Below the pieces are notes generated by a model. That model had not been told where the DNA came from. It made no database searches and saw only the letters and a program-made list of their open reading frames with translations. Below are positions 1-13,387 of a stretch of DNA of 64,000 nucleotides, in pieces; the stretch's first letter is position 1, and the number at the start of each line of letters is the position of its first letter. This DNA comes from Antedon mediterranea (taxonomy: Eukaryota > Animalia > Echinodermata), in the NCBI RefSeq assembly GCF_964355755.1, contig NC_092670.1, positions 9,848,201 to 9,912,200 of the forward strand, in the 5' to 3' direction. A program made the position numbers and the translations under genes.

Positions 1-504
1 AAAAAAAAATTCTTTGTTACGATATAACATGGGCATTATTTATAGAATATCTTGGAACATAAAATGAATATAAATTGATAATTTTATATTAAATTACAGT
101 GTATGTCATTGGTTGATCTTTGCGCCAATGCATACTGTAGCAGCACCCTGGGATTTATTTATAGAATATCCGTAAGAGAATTATTTTAAAATATTATTTG
201 TAATGACATAGGTCGATGGTTTGCTCGAAGAATAATTTAATATTATTACAGAATTAAATCTATGAATGAATTTGTGGCTCGATATTCGTGGCAATATCAC
301 AGTAGATAGGTAATCTGATATCCAGAAGACTGCCTTTCGTCTCAGTTTTGCTCATTAGCTATGTAGAGATCTATTAATAGATTGTTACTGAAATTACTCA
401 ATGAACAAGCGACCTGATAACATATTTTAAATCTTTTAATCACAAAATAGTCTGTTTTTGAAGGAAAAAAAATGTGCTGGATACATAAAACCCTTAAAAC
501 ATTA

Positions 505-792
505 AGGGGCTGTTCAGAACTACGGAGTTATGCTTACGTATGGTACACGGCAGACAACTCCATAAGTCTGAACCAGGGAAAGATTAGTGGAAGCCTTCTC
601 TTACGACACATTTGACATCTAACCAATCAAATTTACTCCTGCATACCAGATGTTCACCCAAATTGGTGACGCTTCAGTTTATAACGAAGGCGTTGGTTAA
701 GCAAATCTGAACACTTTGCGGTTACGACTCTAATTATAATATGACATTGCTTGTAATACCAAAGCATAACTGCATAGATCTAAACATACCCT
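505..792. mobile_element. MITE, PIF/Harbinger-like
   Basis: Imperfect TIRs AGGGGCTGTTCAGAACTACGGAGTTATGCT ... AGCATAACTGCATAGATCTAAACATACCCT in TTA/TAA context. Confidence 0.55.
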
Positions 793-2178
793 TACACTTG
801 GATATATCAAGAAGGATTTTAGGTTTAAGGAAAGAAAATTGTGTTTTCGAAGATAGCATGTGTTTATAAAAATGGATAAAAATAGTGCTGATTGATATGA
901 GGATATTCTTTCTTTTCTTTACTATTTATAGAGTCTATCAAATTTTAAAACAGAATCTATACAAACGTCATAAACAAACTACTCTGTGTTGCCATTCTCC
1001 GTTTTATTTTTTAATTAAGTGTTTGTACGCAATAATATATGTTTTCAATGGATTCTTGCAAATTTTATATTTTTAGAAAGTCAATTTAAGCCCATCAGAA
1101 AGCAGAAAATGGCGTGGCATTTTCTGGTTTTACATGCTTAGTGATTGTGTTCATCTATAAAAAATTTGTTGTGGAGATACAGGGATATTGATTTGTTTTT
1201 ACTTTTATGCATTGAACACCTTGTTAATGTTACGAGCTGATTTAAGTTAGCCGTCTTTAATACTCCTTTCGTCTGAAATTAAATGCGAACCCAATACAAC
1301 CAGCGGGCGTGTTTACTAATTTCGATTTATTAAAGGTTTTATATAACAAAGAGAAAGGCCAAACCAAATTGATTACTAATGCTGTGATTGGTCACAGAAC
1401 AGCGAGGTTATTTCATATTAATTTAATACAATATTGTAAATACTACAACTTAGTGTGGGATATAAGCGTGTGCGAACATGATTGTTTAATAACGCTAAAC
1501 AGGAAAGGTGTAATCCAACACAGGAATATTGCTTTTTAAAACACGACTGTAACGATTCACTCGTTAGTATCGTATTATTAAGTTTAATTTGATCACCTAG
1601 TCTTTGTAATAATTTTAATCATCTTGTAATTTATGATGCCGATATTAGCAAAATCTAACTTGGTGTTTGATTTCAAGAGTTCTGCCAATCTTTCAGTTTA
1701 AAGGTTAATGTATTCTTATAAATGAAAATGAAGCCAAGTCATTAGTTGCCATGACATTGCAACAATTGTGCCCAATAAATACAATATGAATATTGTAATG
1801 ACGCTTAATATTTGAAATAGTATTGACACACGTACACTCTAATTTAAGAACTTTTAATTTATAAAAAAAAAAAATTTCCAATTAAAGAAAATGCAATTAT
1901 TAAAAGTTTTTTCGAATATTAAAAGCTATCAAATTTTAAAAAAGATGTTTCTATGTCAACCCAGGTAACAAATTATGTTAGAAATAAATGACTATGTTCT
2001 GATCAATTTTATGTTTAATATATCAACACAAAAAATAGGAAGTTTTACAAAATGCATATATAAGGAAAACACTGAAATGTACTGACTAGCGTAAATCAAG
2101 TTTTTAAACAAGCCAATTATATGATGTTTAATAAGCATGTTTATGCAGTCGTTGTCCTCATACCATAAACTCACTATA

Positions 2179-2326
2179 AAGCTTGGTCCCCACTAGGACT
2201 CAACGACAAGGACGTAGACACAATGCAAACAAGTTGACCAATGACAAATGACAGTTTCAAATAATCATCTTTTGTGATTGGTCAAATCTTACTGTATGTC
2301 ATTGTTTCCTAGTTTGAACCAAGCTT
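2179..2326. mobile_element. Short MITE family (AAGCTTGGTTCCCACTAG termini); relatives at ~15110-15257 and ~63632-63763
   Basis: Shared termini and internal TTGACCAAT...GACAGTTCAAATAATC...GATTGG core in three dispersed copies. Confidence 0.55.
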
Positions 2327-2927
2327 TAACAAATATGATTTCCTTATTTAATCGAAAATGATCTATCTCGTCAGCTCCATGTTGTTTTTCCCAGTTTTTA
2401 GCTAAAAGGGATACTTCACGTAAATGTAACCATCCCTAGGGTATCAACCATTAATTGGTTTGTGTTCGATAATGGGGAGACCCCCAAGGGCTCGGCATTC
2501 TGATTTAACCTCTTAATGTTTATGTAAGCAGATTACTATGGTACCTTACTACTGTCAGCATATTATTTAAATTGCTGTGGTATGTTATTATGCACTATAA
2601 TGCACTGAAAACAACTTTATGCCCTACAGCTTTTAACCATTCATTGATTGCATTGAAATTTACACACATATTGGATTTTATTCAGTTGGCTTCTATTCAA
2701 AAACAAAATCTTTTTATTTATTTCCCTGCTTAATTCCACGTACATGGGTAATATTTTTTCAAAATAAATTGTACAAATGGGAAATGGAAGGTCAAAAACC
2801 TTTATCACAAGAAGTATATGGTGTTAACCATAATAGATTGGAACAATCATGGTAGTCAACCTTTTTATATTTTTTAAAATAAGAATTGTTATTATTTTAT
2901 TATAATCAACATCATTATAGTGGATCT

Positions 2928-3125
2928 GTAGCCTTCTGGTTAATATGCTTGCCTTCCAATACCATGGTCCCGGGTTCAATCCTGACTTAGTGTCTCGGGA
3001 TTGTAACTCTTTCAACTCCAATCAACAAGCCTCAAATGAGACTAATTTATAAGCATGATAAATTATGTTTATCCATTTCTTTATTAAGAGGCAAGGTTCT
3101 CACTTTTGGATGCATATGAAATAAA
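2928..3125 (+). mobile_element. tRNA-derived SINE; second copy at ~14490-14690
   Basis: A/B-box-like head (TAGCCTTCTGGTTAA ... GGTTCAATCC) followed by a body shared with the 14490 copy (AACTCTTTCAACTCCA...AAGCCTCAAATGAGAC...AAGCATGATAAATTAT). Confidence 0.6.
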
Positions 3126-3325
3126 ATTTAAACATTAATTTATCATCATAATTATGATCATTGGACGCATCTGAGATGGAGTCGTTCCCCACGTTACAGT
3201 TCTTTGTTCATCATTTGATAAGTAGGTCATCAAAAATTGGTTGGTGTCCAAATAAATTAACATAATCAACGTCATAAACATTATCAGTATAATATTAATT
3301 AACATAGTTTATGGTATATGATAAT

Positions 3326-3807
3326 AGAGAGGTTTCGCAATCTTACGAATACGACAACGAAAACGGATACGTCACGCGCACGTATTCGTTTTCGTAAGCC
3401 AGTAGAAATCTGTTTCACATGGCAATGAAATATTGAGGGCGCCGTCCAAAATATGACTGCGGTAAATTTGAGCGAAGCGCAGGTACGTGTTGCTTGGTGC
3501 TTGGCTGCCTAGGCCTAGCGTAACATCAAAGCGAGTGAGGACAAAATTGACCTGGCATTTTAGTAAATTACTTTAGTAAATTACTTTCAATAAATCTATA
3601 ATTATATTATAATCATGAATCATTCCTGATTCAAATGCAAAATGTGCAAAATAGATCAAAAACTACAGTATACTCGTTTTGTAGTTACGAATATGATATT
3701 CGTCAACACGAATACGCTTTACGAATATGAAATGGGGATCAGCTCAAAAGTTTCACAAATGCGTGATGTATCCGTTTTCGTTATCGTATTCGTTGCGAAA
3801 CCTCTCT
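3326..3807. mobile_element. MITE, ISL2EU/PIF-Harbinger-like, in an ERG intron
   Basis: TIR AGAGAGGTTTCGCAA ... TTGCGAAACCTCTCT extending imperfectly ~50 bp; 3-bp TSD AAT at 3323-3325 and 3808-3810. Confidence 0.8.
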
Positions 3808-4498
3808 AATGACAATTTATATTAGTTATTTATTTCAATTGCAACATTATAATGTTTCAATACAAGTAGCAGATTTGCTTACTTCCAAATATTTTTTGCA
3901 ATTAAATTGGAATTCAAAGAATGTCAATTAACACCAATTATCTTGCTTCAACATAATGATTTACCATCAACTATTTTCATGATTTATTTAATGTTCATAA
4001 ATATTTATAGATTTATAATTTCCTATTAAATGTTTTAAAGGATGTTAAATCACATCAGATGATATAAATCTGTCATCAACGAAAGTGTTCTTGGTGAATT
4101 TGTTTTTAACCTGTTCTTGACCTTTGATGCACTTTTTAAGTCTTAAAGAAGTGTGTTATGGTGTAGCCTAATACCAAAAACTGTTGTTTTGGAGTTGTAT
4201 TTTATAATTTTAATTGCGTACCTTTGGTTGATTTTTTAAATGACGATTTATATAGGGACACCCCTATTGAGGGACATACTTTCTTCAATGAAATAAATGA
4301 GGTGCAATATATGTTTTTTACATGACCCTTTAATAGTCGTTCTCCTGTACATTTATGAATTTGTACTGTATCTTGTTATTCAAACTAGCAGCAATAAGAA
4401 CAAAATTAACAAATACCTTTGTAATATAATTGCTAAATTAATATTTGTTAAATAATTAAGTGTTTTAAAATTTTTTTTTTCTCTTTTATTTTTTAAAG

Positions 4499-7400
4499 GA
4501 GGACATGTCATATCCGCCACTTAATAGTTCGGATACTGACGAGGCAGCCTCAACATTGTCATCAAATAAGCGCAAGTTGCGACAACGTAAACCATTTAAT
4601 AAACGAAAAGGTACAGTATTATTTAATTTTTAGCACTTTTCAAAACTGAGAAAATTAACCTAAATGATTTCTTCTAATAATAATTAATATATGATATAAC
4701 TATTAAGTTCAAATGCATAAAATGCCTTCCATACATTAATGATAAACAAATATATATATATATACATATATATTTTGAAGGCTGTTACATTCCGCATGCT
4801 TATAAATCTAATGCAACATTTAATACACTAATTTTGATTTTACTATTAAGAAATAAAGTTAATCCCGCTTTAACCCTTTTTTTCACTGGACTTGAAAAAT
4901 GAAATACAGAGTATAAAATGCCACAAATGTCTACACATTCTCATAATGTTAACTGTCATCCCGCTACTAAAGCCTTGTTCACACTAGACTTGAAAAGGGA
5001 AGAGAGTATAAAATATAACAATTGTCTCCTGCATATTCCTGCAATGCTAAATTTCCATTCTGCTACTAAAGCCTTGTTAGCACTATGTGATCAAGTCTGG
5101 AGCAAATTTTGAAATTTCACTTTTGGCATGCTGTGGATTGGTTGTTGACATGCTTGCCTCCCAATCCCAGTGTGAACACACACTTAATCCTCACAATTAC
5201 ATCCAAGAGACTTGGTACCTTTACAGATTTTAACCAGAATTAATATTCCAAATAAATTATGTTTACAGTGCCAAGTGAATCTGTCTCAAATACAGAAACA
5301 GAAAAAGGTAACTTTAAAAGCATGGCTGAAAAACTCATTCCACCTGAATGAAATGGAAAAAAAAAACATTTTAACCATTTTTGCTTCATCTTATAAAGCT
5401 TACTATTATACTTGCACATATTATTTTATATTATATTCATTATATTTAATTCATTTTATATAAAGTTATATATTTTAAATCATATTTGTATATATCATTT
5501 CATTTATATATATCAGACTTAATGTTCTAAGTTTTGCCAAAGTGCACCGCAACAATCTTGTTTAATGATTGTAGTATGCGTATTAGATTGTCACATTGAT
5601 TATTAGTTAAGTTAATGTACCGCCCTCTGCTGCATTATATTGTTCAGCATTTAAGAGCATTAAACGTTTACTAGTCTACTAGGTTTAATTATTATTCTAT
5701 TGTTACTCGTCAAAGATGTAACGATAAGTATGTGTAATTAGGACCTTATTTAGTTTGTAGGTTTGTTTCGTATTGTGCAATAGACATACAGCAGCATCAC
5801 ATGATCGGTTTGCACGTACATAGAATTTAGAAATCATAAACATTCAACATTCCATAGATTTTTTCTAGCTATGTTTACACCCTCTTTTCTATATCAGAGT
5901 TAAGTACAGTGCTTCAATCGGTTTAACTATTCCTGCGTATAGACGTGTGTGGTATAACGTTACATTGGATACACCTGTAATCAATCAAAGTTATGGACAG
6001 GTATACCACCAGACTTATATCGGAGTTAACAACACAGAGGTATAAGAGAATTAACTGATCACACGATGTAACTCTGATATGACTTGGATTAGTTTAAACT
6101 GGTTTTATGCACGCTTAACTCTAGTAGTTTTACAAACACACACTTTAGACTTCCTTTGCATTTTGTTTTATTACAGTTAATTTAAGAATTCTTTACTTGG
6201 CCTTATGTGGGACTACCTTTACTTAATACATGGTTATGTTTAGTTTTAGTTATTGAAAAATGAGTTTTAATTAAATTAAGATCGCTATAGCCATACACAT
6301 ACGCCTAAATAAATATTCTAAAATTATCTTTTATTTCTATCAGTTTTATTATAATTTCTGTTAATTATGTTTATGTTAATTATGCTAATTGACAGATACA
6401 AAAGAAATACCAAAAAGCGTCACATACATAGAAACGCACCCCAATGCCAATGAACACGAAGAAGACGAAGCGCACGGCCACGGAATACTGGAGTTCTCTC
6501 CGCAGATGGCTGGTAGGGATGTTACCCCCGCTTATGTGAAAGATGACAGGCAAAAGCCTGGCAGCTTCATAGCAGGTAGCCAATATTACGAGCACATGAA
6601 GGGTAAGAGGTGGCCACAAAATGTCCTTTCACAATAATGAGTCTTCACAGGTCATGCAGCGAGATATTTGCCTAAAATGTATCTGTTGTATTACTGTATG
6701 GTGGTAGTTAGAGCAATGTATATATGCCATAGTGGTTATTAGTGCAGCCTGCTGGAGTGCTTCCATTCATATTATGTTGTGTTTGATGTTGCACAGATTC
6801 AGTAAAAAAAGCAACTTCATTTCTATTTTTGGCACTAGTAGCATTCCATATGTATTGTGGTAGATATAGAGTGTTTTTATTTATTTGTAAAAAAAAACAA
6901 CATTGAAAACCGGTTCCATTCACTGATATCATTACAACTTATTTTTCATAATGAGTCAATATTTTAATATGAATGCAGCAGTACTGAGGAGACACTAAAA
7001 AAGTGTCCCCTTAATAGGAATGTTGGCCATAGTGTGAGTCATTATACAGGAATATGTCTCCTTGTAGATGTCCTCTCAGCGGGGTCCAAAGAGCGGTTGT
7101 TATGTCCAACATAATGATCATATCTGTTGTACTATTATTCAAAACAATTATTAATAAATAATCAATTTAATTGGAGAAAAAACAATTTTTATAAAATGTT
7201 TCTAATGCATGTTTTTTTTCTTTTAGCATGAATGCATGATTGTAAGTTTAAACAAAGTTTGTTAAAAAATAACTTTCATTCATATAGTGTAATCCTTTTA
7301 TCACAATATAATATTCCTGAATGGCAAAAACTGCATTATTTAATGATAGTTGAAACTTGTTTGTCCAAAAGTATTGAGACAAATTGTACCAACCTGCATT

Positions 7401-10400
7401 GAAGGTTTGTCAATGATTGGGAATAGAACTCATCAAGGCAATCTAACAATGAGAACACTAAGCTAGCCTTGCCAAGATAGGAACTTGTAATCATACTTTA
7501 ATCGTATGTCTGGCTGCGACAAATACTAACAGTACTATGTACATATTCTCAGCTTCGCACAGTGTCTGTCGAGGGGCTTGGAACTGGTTGTGTCACAGCC
7601 ACAGATAAACCCTTTGATCTCCAGATTTTAGAATTCTGTTGTTAGATTGTCTTGAACCCATTACCTCCAGATGACTAGCGTGAATTCATACCTCCAGACC
7701 ACTAAGCTTTTGATCTATTTTATCTAGCAAAGAAACCTTTTAAAGGTACTGACAAATTAAGATATCTGACAGGCAAAATTTACTTTTTATTCGTTAAACA
7801 TTTCTTTCTTCTTTCTTTCTTTCTTTATTTACCCATAAATATAAATTATAAACATTGTAATAATATACAAATAATAATAATTATATCAAGGGAAGGGCTA
7901 AAAAATAGTTAAAACTAATCAAGTTCAGCCCCTAAACATTGAAGTATAAATAGTTATATAAATAAATTAGGGCTACTTGTCTAAAATAAAATTAATATAC
8001 ATAAACATTTTTTTTTTTTTTAAATACACTTTCTCTCAAATATATACAATATAATTCTCTTACAAAATAAATAAATATCACTATACAAACAAATAGTATG
8101 TTTTCATTTCTTTTTTGAATTTGCTTTTTGTTAGAAACCTTAAATCATTTGAGTACCTGCTGTTACCTTGGGCTTGAATCGGCACAAGCTTGCTGGTCTA
8201 CTGTTATTAATGGCTAGTGATCTGGAGGTTCGAGCCTCACACAAGTATCACTTGCACATTTGTTTATACCATTAGCATTCTCAAAATATTTTACTGATTC
8301 ACATTAATATTCCATTAATTATCACTTTAGTTTTACCATTTTCATAACAATTTCATTCTTTTTGTTTTAAAATTTGTGAAAAGTGTTTGCATGCTTTCAA
8401 TTTTCAGTAAACTTTAGAAATAGTAATCTAGTGGACTCTCTACAGTACTGCAGTAACTGCAGTAAAGAGACCATTAATACCATTGCTTGATTATTGCATG
8501 TTTCATTAATAATTCTACCAACATTATTCACTACTGCAGTTTATCAGTGCAGTAGGCTAGCACGCTTTATAGCATGATGCAACCACTTATATTGAAGCAT
8601 AGAACGTTTTTCTGTGACCATCCGCCAAATTGGAAGTCACGGTAAAGTAGTCTATCGAGGAAGCTATCAAAATAGATTTGTTTGTAAGCATGCCTATACG
8701 TTTGTTGTTCTATATTTTGTTTATGTTAAGTACCTACTGCTAAACGGCTTCCCGCGCTATTTGTATGCTTTCCCATTATACATTATACTTGCGTAATAAT
8801 ATAAAGATTTGCATTCATATTTTGGCTCATCATACCCTCCTTGCTGCATGGCTTAAAGTACCTTTATAAGGTGCCTGACATACATGGCTAACCTCTAACC
8901 CTTCAGTTCAAACTTATTTTCTTAGTTTAAATAAGTACTTTGTAAGATTACTTTTTAAAAATAAGAATAGGAATTTCGCATAAACATTATTCATGCATTA
9001 AGTATATAATATTGATCATTATTTTTGTATTTACACATTTACTAAAATGTGTTCATGACTTTTATTTAAAGGATCTTTCGTTTACAATAACCTATAGGAC
9101 CCACTCAATATCCAAATCACTCACGGCATAGTTCCTACACTCTGAGGTCATAGGTCATAGCAATGAAAGCTTTTTATTAATTATTCATTGCTTATTATAC
9201 AATTGATTAATAATTACTTTCATTATTAATAACTATAATCATGATTTTCATTATTACTAAATTAATCATTGCATTTCTTATGATTCCCTGTTTATATCAA
9301 GTTATTCAATTATTTTTAATTATATGGCTTAAATTCTTTTATTATCCACAATTCTTGAAAGGAGGATTAATGATCTAATAATACACGTTTAATGTATTTA
9401 TTTACAGTATTATGATATATTCATACTACTTGTTGGATATTTGATTTAAAATATTATCTCAATGCAATATTTTCTTATTATTATTGTATGCACAGAAAAG
9501 TTATTAATTATTATTTTATTATATATATTTGTTATATAAATGTTGCATATCTTAAAATAAATGTCACATTTATCACAAGCTCTTGCTAACCATATTATCA
9601 TGATAAAATGAATTATCTGTCATTAAATATATTGTTATGATATTACTCAAACATTTTTAATTATTTTAGGAGCTTTGACTGGAGTTAATTCAATGTTAAA
9701 TGCGGTGACGATTCCTAGTAGACATTTAGAAGAAGAGGAAGAAGAAGAAGAAGAAGCCCTGCCGTTGCTTAAACAAACACCTCGCCATTACCATAAACCC
9801 AAGAAACCGTCTAGCCAACAAATTAATCATCTGTTATCTGATGACTCGCAGGGTAATGTGATAGTAGAAGATGTAAGTGATTTCGTGTCTAATCCACATA
9901 TAGAAAAAAGACTAGATGAACTGCAAACGCAGGTTAATAGGTTAGAGGGACGTATAAACAAAGATATGGGATCTATACTAGAATTGCTAAGGAGGCGCGA
10001 GGAACCTCGTTCGTCTCCGCCACAGCTCCTGCCAAACAGACAGAGACAGCCAAAGCCTACATTACCACGAATGTCCTCCTTGCAGACTTTCCCAAACGCA
10101 TCCGTTCCTGACCGTCAACCGGGCCGTCCCAAGTTATTTGCCGGAGGACCACGACATTCGTACGTTAGAACTTCGAACAGCGTGGATTCGCCCCCAACAG
10201 AATTTGATGGAGTTTCTCGTCCCCGTCCGCAGTCAATACCCGTTGTTACACCCCTAATTCACAAAGATAACAACACGTCCGTATCGTCACCAACATTGTC
10301 TGATATTTCCGTGGATAGCCACAGTAGTCCTATGCATGAAACGGCAAAGTATACCGATAATTTATTAGATTCCTCAACCGCATCAAGACGACCCACCGAG

Positions 10401-10517
10401 GGTCATGACACAGACTTTCAAGGGGCTAAGTCCTTGCTACAAAGTAATGATGTGTTCGCAGAAGGTCATCCAGATTTTACCGTTGATTTTAATTCTGTAC
10501 GAAACACTGATGTGTAA
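4499..10517 (+). CDS. KCNH2: ERG (ether-a-go-go-related, KCNH2/6/7-like) voltage-gated K+ channel, C-terminal exons; gene is 5'-partial in this window
   Basis: Phase-compatible GT-AG exons: 4499-4610 (EDMSYPP...NKRKLRQRKPFNKRK, like hERG RQRKRKLSFRRR), 5269-5307, 6396-6602 (GILEFSPQMAGRDVTP) and 9670-10517 (GALTGVNSML, like hERG GAFSGVSNIF; IEKRLDELQTQVNRLEGRINKDMGSILELL, like the hERG tetramerisation coiled coil [30 protein letters not shown]). Symbol is family-level. Confidence 0.88.
7434..7654. mobile_element. P-element-like MITE (CAAGG termini)
   Basis: TIR CAAGGCAATCTAACAA ... TTGTTAGATTGTCTTG; near-perfect 7-bp TSD AACTCAT/AACCCAT. Confidence 0.7.
9670..10517 (+). CDS. KCNH2: Terminal coding exon of the ERG channel (acidic run, tetramerisation coiled coil, Ser/Pro-rich tail ending NTDV)
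   Basis: ttattttag acceptor ending at 9669; 280-aa ORF 9675-10517; ERG coiled-coil motif; stop TAA at 10515-10517. Confidence 0.9.
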
Positions 10518-12315
10518 TGCAATAGTACCTCATTGTGCAATGGCGTGTTTCAATATTTTACCATGCACTCTTCCTATCCTTTAAGTGTATAGTAGGTCTT
10601 GTACAAATACAAAGATTTTATGAAGGGAAATTAATAAACAATTAATTTAAAAAAAATTATTATGTTGCCTAAGCACATCATTTAAAGAAAACATGGTCTG
10701 ATTTGTTTTTTTTCCCACTTTTTTTGTGTGCTAATCACATAAATATGTAGTTGTGCTAAAAAAACTACTACTGAGCCAAAATTTCAAATTATTAAAAATA
10801 GTGGACGCTATAGAAAATTGACTCAATTTAAAAAAAGTTCATATTACCACAAGAACTAGCTGACCCTAGCTTGGGCAACATGAGCATTTTTTTAGGCCTG
10901 TGTATTTGTAAATCAATATTTTTGGGATTTGCTATCAATGGTAATTTTAGATATATAAGTATGGGTAATACAAAAATATTTGTTTGCTGTCCATTGAAAT
11001 ATTTACATTAGAAGAATGTGTTGAAAACCCCATGTTAAAACAGTGTAATAGAAAAAGTGGTGAACATAAATTCACTAGATTAAAACCAAATTGGTTTAAA
11101 AATTAATTTTATTCTTTTTCAATTTAAATTTTAAAAACAACGGTTGCTGTGGGGTTTTCGGTGTTTTCCAAAATTCATCTAGTCTTCATTTTGAGTTAAT
11201 CATCGCCACAATTTTTATAAGGGAAGAGAAAATAATAATACCTTAAAAGCGTTAGTTGACAGCAGACATATTTTTAAGGCTCATGGCTAAAATCAAGGCT
11301 AAATGAGATTCAGGGCCGAAGGGCGAATCCAGCGGGAAGCGATAGAGGGCGCAAGCTTCCTTTTTTTACAGATAAAAAGCTCTGTACATTGGTCAGTTGA
11401 ATGTATAGACGTTTTCCCTTTGTTTGGCTTTATTCATCTCTACATATTCATACATACATAACATAAGTAATAAGTATTGTATAGATATGTATTATATTAA
11501 TATATAATATGTATTTATTAATGTACTCTATGCGACATTATGTTGTACATTTGTATATTAAATTTAAGAAGATAAATTATATATGCAAATTATATATATA
11601 TAAACACTGGTACAGTATATGTAAATGTATGTATAGATTTCTCTGGTAGATTCTAATCATACAGCACTTCATGTTCTCAAAGTACAGTAAACCAAATTTT
11701 TATGAAATGTATTTGTGTGTATATAAGCTTATTATTATTATTATTGTTATTACTATATAATTAAAATGCTTATTAAACAATGTATAAATATATGCATATT
11801 TCAAATATATACATTGTGTCTACTATACAATGGTATTATGGTGTCATTTGTATTTTAAATTTATAAAATATAAAAATGTATACATATGTGTATATAAAAA
11901 TGTATTTATAAAAGCAATACCTTCACCCAAGTTTAAGCTTCCAAAATAAAAAAAAAAGCATTTTTAAATTGTTTTAAAATAGGAATTTAAAAAAAGGAGT
12001 TGTGGACGTACAAAATAAATAAGGTTGTTAAATGTAAGCCCTTACTATGCAAACATAAACAGTATAGGCGCTCAACAAAGATGATTATTAACTCATAAAA
12101 GATGCTGGAATGTATACAAAATGAAAAGCAACGTTCTGCAGTTATTTTGTGGTTGGATGCTCTTGTGTTTCTCTTGTGCGGCTAGCTGGAATTCACGGAT
12201 TAGGTTGGAAATTAAGCGGGTTTTTTGATCAACTACGATCAAGAATCAAGAAATTTATTTATATAACCAACTTTACGAAAATGCTTCGTTTCTGGAAATT
12301 CTAGTACAATACGAC

Positions 12316-12519
12316 CAAGGCAATCTTACAACAGGATGCTGAGCTCCAGAGATCAAAGTGTTTATCTGTGTCTGCGACATTTCTATGCCCCTTAACAGAC
12401 ACCATGCACTACGTAAAATAATATGTACATAGTACAGTATTTGTCGTGGTTAGACACAAAATGAAAGGAGTTTCTTACTTGACAAGGAGAGCTTAGTGTC
12501 CTGTTGTTAGATTGCCTTG
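12316..12519. mobile_element. P-element-like MITE, same family as 7434-7654, opposite orientation
   Basis: TIR CAAGGCAATCTTACAACAGGA ... TCCTGTTGTTAGATTGCCTTG; degenerate 7-bp TSD ATACGAC/GTAGGAC; internal sequence is the reverse complement of the 7434 copy. Confidence 0.7.
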
Positions 12520-13208
12520 GTAGGACAAATTTTGAGATTGAACAGGTTGAAAAGTTTTCAGAGAGAAAAATGAGATGTAATGAAGAAAGTTAACAGGGAA
12601 AATATTTATTGTATATCAAAAATGCTTGCTTAAGTGTGTGAGTTGTTTTATATCTTAAATGGAATTAAGTTTCATACAGGGATTTTATTCTACTCTTTAT
12701 TCACTGTTAAAACCTAAAATTATCTACATAGGATTGCTCTCTACATATTTATCAACCATCTTTGCTGTGCCAATATTTTAAATACAGATTTTATGAAATG
12801 TATCTTAGTATTTACATGCAATCTTTATTGGTATTTGATTACTATATTGATAATAATTATTAACACAAGTGTTTACATTTTTAATCAAAAGATTTTTGTA
12901 CGTTTTTTATGGCAAAAAAATGTGTTTGACCATTGCATTCTACTACTTTAGGTCTCTTACTGAATTTTACAAATGTTGATTGGTAAAGATACTGTAATGC
13001 TTTAAGACAAACATGTTTGAAGGGTATAGTTATAGAAAGAAATACACTGAAGGGATTCATAGATTACATTTAAAAGAAAAGTAATCTTATGTTTGTACTA
13101 CAGGAGAGGTACTTTAGATTCAAAGGAAGGGACAGGGGGAACAAGCAAGCTTTCTGGGAGATGACAATCAGAACCCCAGCCCCTATTCACCTTTCCTTTT
13201 AGGAAAGG

Positions 13209-13387
13209 CAGTGGCGGCTATTAGCACTAACTGGTTAAACCCAGGTGGCCCGAAGCTTAAGGGGCAGGGCCTGGAGGAATAAAAATAAGTCAAAAAAGGC
13301 TAAAAACACCAAAGAACTCCAGCATTGGAGGGCCACTTTATAGCGTCCCTACACCAGGGGCCTGAATGCCTCTGAATTACGGCACTG
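13209..13387. mobile_element. hAT-like MITE
   Basis: Termini CAGTGGCGG ... TTACGGCACTG; 8-bp flanks AGGAAAGG/AGGAGAGC (6/8 match). Confidence 0.5.
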
